A stretch of 64,000 bases of DNA from Dehalococcoidia bacterium (GTDB lineage Bacteria; Chloroflexota; Dehalococcoidia; Lucifugimonadales; G965248475). The position numbers and the translations under genes are program-made. The number at the start of each line of letters is the position of its first letter. Positions within the stretch are counted from its first letter, which is position 1. The DNA lies in contig OZ252106.1 in the NCBI GenBank assembly GCA_965248475.1, positions 1,455,640 to 1,519,639 on the forward strand, read 5' to 3'. The notes beneath the pieces were generated by a model, which searched no databases, was not told where the DNA came from, and saw only the letters and a program-made list of their open reading frames with translations. This document shows positions 58,534 to 64,000 of this stretch, piece by piece.

Positions 58534-59895
58534 ATGCGTAGAAATCGCCTCCGGTTAATCGTCGCCCTGCTCTCGGCGCTGGCACTGGCCGGAGGGCTAA
58601 TGGGCACCGCTCAGGCTCAACAGAGGCACATCCTCCTCATAGATGTGAAGGGTGTCATCGATCCGATCTCGGAAAGGTTTATCGCCAGGGCCATAGACCG
58701 AGCAGAGGTGGACGGTGCGGCGCTGCTGGTCATCCGACTGGACACACCCGGAGGTCTGCTGTCCTCCACCCGGGAGATAACTCAACACCTCCTTGAAGCA
58801 GACATACCGACGGTCGTGTACGTATCTCCCCGCGGAGCCAGGGCCGCTTCGGCAGGTACATTCATAGCTGCCGCCGCAAACTTCGCTGTCATGGCGCCGG
58901 GCACCAACATAGGCGCTGCCAGCCCGGTAAGCAACACAGGCGAAGACCTACCAGAGACTCTCAAGTCCAAGATAACCAGCGACGCTGCTGCCGAGATGCG
59001 CAGCATTGCGGCCGCGCGGGGCCGCAACCAGGAAAAGTTGGAGGAGACGGTCCTCCTGGCAGTGGCATTCACCGCAGAGGAGGCTGTGGAACTACGCATG
59101 GTAGACTTCATCGCCGGCGACATAGACGACCTTCTGGCCCAGCTCCATGGGCTAGAGACGGTACTACATCCCCCAGACGGTGAGCGAGTGGTGCTGGACA
59201 CACTGGAAGTGAATGTGCACACCATACAGCCGACCCTTGTAGAGCGGTTCCTAAGGTTCCTTGCCGATCCCAACGTATCTTACCTACTGCTCTCGCTGGG
59301 CAGCCTGGGACTTCTGCTGGAGCTACTGAACCCCGGCCTGGTCCTGCCTGGCGTTGTTGGGGCCATCCTCCTTATTCTCGCCCTTGTCAGCCTGGACAGC
59401 CTCCCCGTCAACTGGGCGGGCGTGGCCCTGGTACTCTTGGCGGTGGGACTGACCGTCCTGGAGTTCTACGTGGCGGGGTATGGCGTCCTGGGGGTCGGGG
59501 CCATCGTCAGCTTCGCCCTGGGAGGGTTCCTTCTGTTCTTCCACACCGGTGGCCCGTCCCCCACGGAGCCGTCCATAGGCGTCAGCATGTGGCTGCTGGT
59601 TCCGACGGTGCTTGCGCTGAGCGGCGGCGGCGGTTGGGCACTGTACACCATTATTCAGTCGCGACGGGGGCCACCGGAGCCTGGTGTGGTAGGCCTGATC
59701 GGCATGACGGCGGAGGTGACCACCGACCTGTCGCCCCGGGGAACGGTACACCTGCAAAACGAACTGTGGACGGCAGTCGTCGAGGGAGGGGAGCATATAG
59801 GCGCCGGAGAGACGGTGGTAGTGGTCAAAACAGACGGCATCGTACTTACCGTGGCCAGGCTGCCCGATAGCACCCAGGCGGCGAATGACTCCTAG
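58534..59895 (+). CDS. NfeD-family membrane-bound serine protease (long form)
   Basis: Signal peptide, a ClpP/S49-like N-domain (RLDTPGGLL..), a multi-TM middle and a C-terminal NfeD OB domain. Followed by an SPFH gene. Confidence 0.88.
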   Translation: MRRNRLRLIVALLSALALAGGLMGTAQAQQRHILLIDVKGVIDPISERFIARAIDRAEVDGAALLVIRLDTPGGLLSSTREITQHLLEADIPTVVYVSPRGARAASAGTFIAAAANFAVMAPGTNIGAASPVSNTGEDLPETLKSKITSDAAAEMRSIAAARGRNQEKLEETVLLAVAFTAEEAVELRMVDFIAGDIDDLLAQLHGLETVLHPPDGERVVLDTLEVNVHTIQPTLVERFLRFLADPNVSYLLLSLGSLGLLLELLNPGLVLPGVVGAILLILALVSLDSLPVNWAGVALVLLAVGLTVLEFYVAGYGVLGVGAIVSFALGGFLLFFHTGGPSPTEPSIGVSMWLLVPTVLALSGGGGWALYTIIQSRRGPPEPGVVGLIGMTAEVTTDLSPRGTVHLQNELWTAVVEGGEHIGAGETVVVVKTDGIVLTVARLPDSTQAANDS

Positions 59896-60053
59896 CTCCC
59901 CCAGCCATCCGAGTCGTGGACAGGCCACTGGTGGAATGGTAGTGTTACCTCATAGCACACTCGAGCTGCAACCAGGGGATCGGGCAACCCGCAGGAATAT
60001 AGAAGAATCGCATATCCGGCGCGAGTTCGTAGCCCAACCATTAGGAGGTGGTG

Positions 60054-60920
60054 ATGGCAACAGGCATAGTGATCGTCAAGCAGTACGAGAAGATGATCGT
60101 GTTTCGCCTCGGAAAGTATACCGGCACCCTCAAAGGTGCCGGGTTTCATCTTCTCATTCCCGGCTTCTACACCGGCAGGGTCGTTGACACCAGGGAGGTG
60201 CCAGAACGGGTGCCTACTCAGCAGTACATCACCAAGGATAACGTGGTGGTGGACATGGACTTCGTTCTCTACTACCGTGTCATCCCGGAAGAGGCGGAGA
60301 AGGCGATCCTTGAGGTGGCCGACCATCGCCTGGCGGTACGGAACCTCGCCGTGGCGGAGCTAAGGTCAATTATCGGCAACATAACGCTAGCCGATGCCCT
60401 AGGCGAGAGAGAGCGGATACAGAGTCAGCTCCAGGTAGCCCTCGACGAGAGCACCGGTCGCTGGGGAGTCAAGGTCCGCGGGGCCGCTATCAATGAGATA
60501 GACCCGCCTGACGGTGTGAAGGCCGCAATGGAACGGGAGAAGTCCGCCGAGGCTATCAAGACAGCTGACATCACAGAATCCGAGGGTCAACGCCAGTCTC
60601 AGATCAACCGGGCCGAAGGTGAGAAGCAGGCGGCGATTCTATCCGCTGAGGGGGAAAGGCAAGCCGCTATATTGAAGGCGGAAGGGACTCGCCAGGCGGA
60701 GATCCTGAACGCGGAAGGTTTCAGCAACGCACTGAGCCAGATCAACAGCGTGGCCCAGACCGCCGACGCCCGCACAATGAGCCTTCAATATTTCGAAACG
60801 TTGAAGCAGTTGGGCGAGGGATCGGCCACCAAGTTCATATTCCCCATGGAGTTCACCAGCATGCTTGAGTCATTCGTCAACAGGGCAACGGGCGGTGACT
60901 CCGGCGGCGGAACTAGCTAG
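60054..60920 (+). CDS. SPFH/band-7 (stomatin-like) protein
   Basis: VKQYEKMIVFRLGKY...GFHLLIPGF..., followed by a coiled-coil EA-repeat region. AGGAGG SD before ATG 60054. Confidence 0.9.
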   Translation: MATGIVIVKQYEKMIVFRLGKYTGTLKGAGFHLLIPGFYTGRVVDTREVPERVPTQQYITKDNVVVDMDFVLYYRVIPEEAEKAILEVADHRLAVRNLAVAELRSIIGNITLADALGERERIQSQLQVALDESTGRWGVKVRGAAINEIDPPDGVKAAMEREKSAEAIKTADITESEGQRQSQINRAEGEKQAAILSAEGERQAAILKAEGTRQAEILNAEGFSNALSQINSVAQTADARTMSLQYFETLKQLGEGSATKFIFPMEFTSMLESFVNRATGGDSGGGTS

Positions 60921-61292
60921 CCATCCACCTGATACTGGTCGCAGGTCGAGCAGGCTAATCGCCCACAGGTAATAGGGCATGACCAGAGAGGCTACCTGTG
61001 CCACGCTTCACCACTCCGAGGGTCGCACTGGAGCTTGCCTATCTCCGCCGACACCACCCCGCCCCTGTTATCCAGGTACGCCAGAGTGCCCAGATCGCCC
61101 CTGGCGTGACATATACCTGGGTGCGCGACGCTGCCACCGGGCACGTACATAGCGGGCGGACGCCGAACGCGCCCTTTGCCATGCGCCATCTGCTAAACCG
61201 CCGCTCTTCTACGCCATTCCATGCCGGAATCCAATGCCCCGCCCACGCCGTATACCCTTTGTACACTTAGAGCTTATTCAAAGGAGTCCTTC

Positions 61293-61874
61293 ATGAAGCG
61301 ACCTGGTCTTGTTATCATCCTTGCGGCTGCGGCACTGCTTCTGGCGACAGCATGCGGTGGCGAAGACACAACACCCACGCCCACTACATCTCTGCCAACG
61401 TCCACACCGACTCAGGAGGCAATGGACGATGAGATGAGCGGCGATACAGGCAGCGGAGATATGGGCATGATGGCACCATCCGGTGATCTTGTCCTCGCCC
61501 TCCACGAACTCAACGACTCCGGCCAGTCGGGCATCGCCGTCCTTACAGCCAACGGAAACCAGACCAATGTCACTATCATCGCCACCGCCAGTATCTCAGA
61601 GCTCAACCATATCCACTCCGGCGACTGCATGAACATCGGCGGCGTGGAGTATCCGCTAACCAACATGGCAGACGGTATGTCCATCACCATATTGGACACA
61701 TCGCTGGAAACCCTGCAGGCGGGTGGCCTAGCCGTCAACCTGCACATGGCCGGCGACCCGGCCACCTACACAGCGTGCGCCGACATACCTCAGGCCGAGA
61801 TGGGCGGCGGAGACACGGGCGCCTCGCCGCCCGCCACGACCCCCAACCCCGGTCAAGGGGAGGGCGACTACTAG
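61293..61874 (+). CDS. secreted lipoprotein, hypothetical (CHRD-like?)
   Basis: AAGGAG SD and a signal peptide with lipobox LLATAC. HIHSGDC / LAVNLH resemble CHRD-type patterns, but this is weak. Confidence 0.5.
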   Translation: MKRPGLVIILAAAALLLATACGGEDTTPTPTTSLPTSTPTQEAMDDEMSGDTGSGDMGMMAPSGDLVLALHELNDSGQSGIAVLTANGNQTNVTIIATASISELNHIHSGDCMNIGGVEYPLTNMADGMSITILDTSLETLQAGGLAVNLHMAGDPATYTACADIPQAEMGGGDTGASPPATTPNPGQGEGDY

Positions 61875-62896
61875 CCCAACTGCCTCAGGTTAGGCCTGTC
61901 CAGGACGTCCGGGTTGATCACCCTGGCAGGCTGCCCCCCCAAGTAGCTCTGGATGTTCTCGACAGCATGGCCATACATGCCCTGGTACCCCTCCAGTGTC
62001 ACGTAGCCAAGGTGGGGCGTGATAACGGTGTTCTCCAGTCGCCGCAGCGGATGGTCCGAGGGCAGCGGTTCTTGATCGAACACGTCCAGCCCGGCTCCGG
62101 CTATTGCCCTACGCTCCAGCGCATCCACAAGCGCGGCCTCATCCACTATTGGGCCGCGAGAGGTGTTGACCAGGTAGGCCGTAGGCTTCATCAGGCCCAA
62201 CTCTATGCGGCCTATAAGCCCCCGTGTCCGGTCGCTGAGGCGCAGGTGTATGGTCACGACGTCGGCCCTGGCAATAAGCTCGTCCTTGGTCACCAACGTA
62301 GCGTTGCATTCCGCAGCCTTCCCCGCCGTCAGGTTCTGGCTCCAGGCGATGACAGGCATCTGAAAGGCGTTGCCGATGGCCGCCATCCTTGAGCCTATGT
62401 TGCCAAGGCCAATGACACCCAGCATCTTGCCCGCCAGGCCGTCGCCAACGCTGGTCTGCCACTCCCCGGCTCGGGTGGCCCTGTCCTCGCTGGACACATG
62501 CCGCGCCAGCGCAAGGATCAGGCCCCAGGTCAGCTCCATGGTACCTGGGCCGCCTCCGCTGGATGTACCCGACGCTACGATGCCCAGCTCCGTACAGGCA
62601 TCGAAGTCGAATGCGGCGTTGCCCATCCCGGTAGTAATGAGCATCTTGAGGGCGGGCAAGCGCTCCAACAGCGATTTAGGAAATGGAGTACGCTCCCGCA
62701 TGCCGATGACAACGTCGAACCGCTCCAGCCGCTCCACCAAGGCATCCTCCCCCGCCAGGTGGTCATGGAACATCTCAACCTCAACGCTGGGAGGCAGAGC
62801 GCCCCAGTCCGCCATATCCTGAGCCGCCGACTGGTAGTCATCTAGTACCGCTACTTTAAGCAATGTATCACTGCCTTCCTCTGAGATGAAACACAA
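61871..62896 (-). CDS. D-isomer-specific 2-hydroxyacid dehydrogenase
   Basis: NAD fold GVIGLGNIGSRMA and the catalytic region (..NTSRG..D..AL, ..TPHLGY). Confidence 0.88.
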   Translation of the reverse strand: MCFISEEGSDTLLKVAVLDDYQSAAQDMADWGALPPSVEVEMFHDHLAGEDALVERLERFDVVIGMRERTPFPKSLLERLPALKMLITTGMGNAAFDFDACTELGIVASGTSSGGGPGTMELTWGLILALARHVSSEDRATRAGEWQTSVGDGLAGKMLGVIGLGNIGSRMAAIGNAFQMPVIAWSQNLTAGKAAECNATLVTKDELIARADVVTIHLRLSDRTRGLIGRIELGLMKPTAYLVNTSRGPIVDEAALVDALERRAIAGAGLDVFDQEPLPSDHPLRRLENTVITPHLGYVTLEGYQGMYGHAVENIQSYLGGQPARVINPDVLDRPNLRQLG

Positions 62897-63000
62897 CGCT
62901 ACTCAACAGTCCCGGGCCTGTCAACCGCGGGATGCCGTATCGGGATGGTGCTATACTTGCAACACTCTGCCGCCCTAGGCGGGCCAACTATGGAGGGGTA

Positions 63001-63831
63001 ATGCCGACAATCGCCGTTTCAACCTTCTCTTTCGGACCTGAATGCATGGCTAGAGAGGGGCTGGACTTCGCCATCCGGCAAGGCTTCCAGGGCCTTGAAC
63101 TGGGCTCATGGAACCTGTGGCCTGAACTCATGTCTCCGGAAGAGGTCAAATACGTCCGTGTGCAGGCCGCCAGCCACGGCATTGAGCTGTCCATTCATTT
63201 CATCCACAGAGGCGTAGCCCCGGCTACACACAACCAGGAGCGGCGGGCCAAGCACCTGAATGAGATGGAGGCCACACTGCGCCTGGCAGGAGAGATCGGC
63301 GCGCGGGTCATAGTGGTCCACCCCGGGCCCATAGACTCCCCGGACGTGGACCCGGCCAAAGCCTCCGAAGAGGTGCGAGGCCAGTCCATAGATAACCTCC
63401 AGCTCTTTCTGGAACAGTCGCTGCCCTGGGCTGAGGACGCGGGCGCTGTGCTTTGCCTTGAGAACCTGGCCCATGTGCCCGGCTATCTGTTCCAGAGCTA
63501 CGGCAAGCTGGTTGACCTGGCCAAAGAGATGGACAACCCACTAGTACGCATCATCCTGGACGTGGGCCATGCCGACCTGTCCGATGGACTGCGGCCCGCC
63601 TTTGACGCCTTCGGCCCGTACATTCGCCATATGCATCTGCACGACAGCGACGGACAGCGGGACCACCAGGAGATAGGAAAGGCGAAGCTGGACTTCACCG
63701 AATACCTGGATGTACTCAAGCCATTCCCATACACCCTGGCCATGGAGTCCCGCGATGAGAGCGATCCCGAGGGATGCGTCCTGCGCAGCCGGGACGCTTT
63801 GAAGCGCGTACTCCAGGAGGCGGCGCGATGA
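63001..63831 (+). CDS. sugar phosphate isomerase/epimerase (xylose-isomerase-like TIM barrel)
   Basis: AP-endonuclease-2/TIM pattern (..VVHPG.., ..LCLENL.., ..DVGHA.., ..HLHD..). Start at the internal Met. Confidence 0.8.
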   Translation: MPTIAVSTFSFGPECMAREGLDFAIRQGFQGLELGSWNLWPELMSPEEVKYVRVQAASHGIELSIHFIHRGVAPATHNQERRAKHLNEMEATLRLAGEIGARVIVVHPGPIDSPDVDPAKASEEVRGQSIDNLQLFLEQSLPWAEDAGAVLCLENLAHVPGYLFQSYGKLVDLAKEMDNPLVRIILDVGHADLSDGLRPAFDAFGPYIRHMHLHDSDGQRDHQEIGKAKLDFTEYLDVLKPFPYTLAMESRDESDPEGCVLRSRDALKRVLQEAAR

Positions 63832-63886
63832 ATACGGATAGCAACGTACGCTATCGTGGGTACCGGTGCGGTTAAGGCAGAAAACT

Positions 63887-64000
63887 ATGTCCCTTACCTT
63901 TGAAAGAGGCGACCCGGACCAGCCAAGGGGACACGCCGTCCTCTATTACAGGGCATCTGGCCAAATCCTGGCCACCTACGTGATAGTCCTGCCGCTGGCG
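63887..64000 (+). CDS. hypothetical protein, 3' end outside window
   Basis: ATG 63887 opens MSLTFERGDPDQPRGHAVLYYRASGQILATYVIVLPLA.., running to the window edge. Confidence 0.3.
   Translation, partial: MSLTFERGDPDQPRGHAVLYYRASGQILATYVIVLPLA

Overview
GC-rich bacterial chromosomal window. The gene content and protein sequences look Chloroflexota-like; this is my inference with no database search. Most of it is core housekeeping. It holds gatB, pcm, Ni-SOD sodN with its maturation protease sodX, and the cluster tRNA-Thr/Tyr/Thr-tuf-rpmG-secE-nusG-rplK-rplA-rplJ-rplL. It also holds radA, clpC, rpsA, a stand-alone 5S rRNA, cofE, a citE-like lyase, folB, lhgO, fabF and a pantothenate operon (S58 peptidase, DUF2520/PanG-like, panB, panC, surE). 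The remainder includes the glyoxylate shunt aceB-aceA, nth, argC, osmC and an NfeD-stomatin pair. There are six tRNAs: Thr-GGT, Tyr-GTA, Thr-TGT, Arg-CCT, Ala-CGC and Glu-TTC. I saw no CRISPR array, transposase, integrase or phage genes. Main second-look items: (1) A SelW/Rdx-family selenoprotein gene missed by the ORF track, with an in-frame UGA in a YC-L-S-U-G-Y motif, a SECIS-like hairpin, its own SD and a terminator. (2) At least 9 single-base frameshifts in at least 7 non-essential genes, several at G6 or A3 homopolymers, while all long housekeeping genes are intact. This is either assembly indels or real gene decay. (3) A ChlI/MoxR-like AAA+ ATPase with a G10 tract at its RBS, paired with a vWA protein carrying a compensating frameshift pair. 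(4) A radical-SAM DNA-repair-type gene without its usual UDG-like neighbour, plus a distant atypical UDG-superfamily gene. (5) A palindrome, TCCCGAC-NN-GTCGGGA, recurring in three divergent promoter regions. (6) A pan operon led by a DmpA/BapA-type peptidase and a PanG-like reductase. I found no clearly novel multi-gene system. The AT-richer hypothetical membrane-protein patch near tRNA-Arg is the least explained region.
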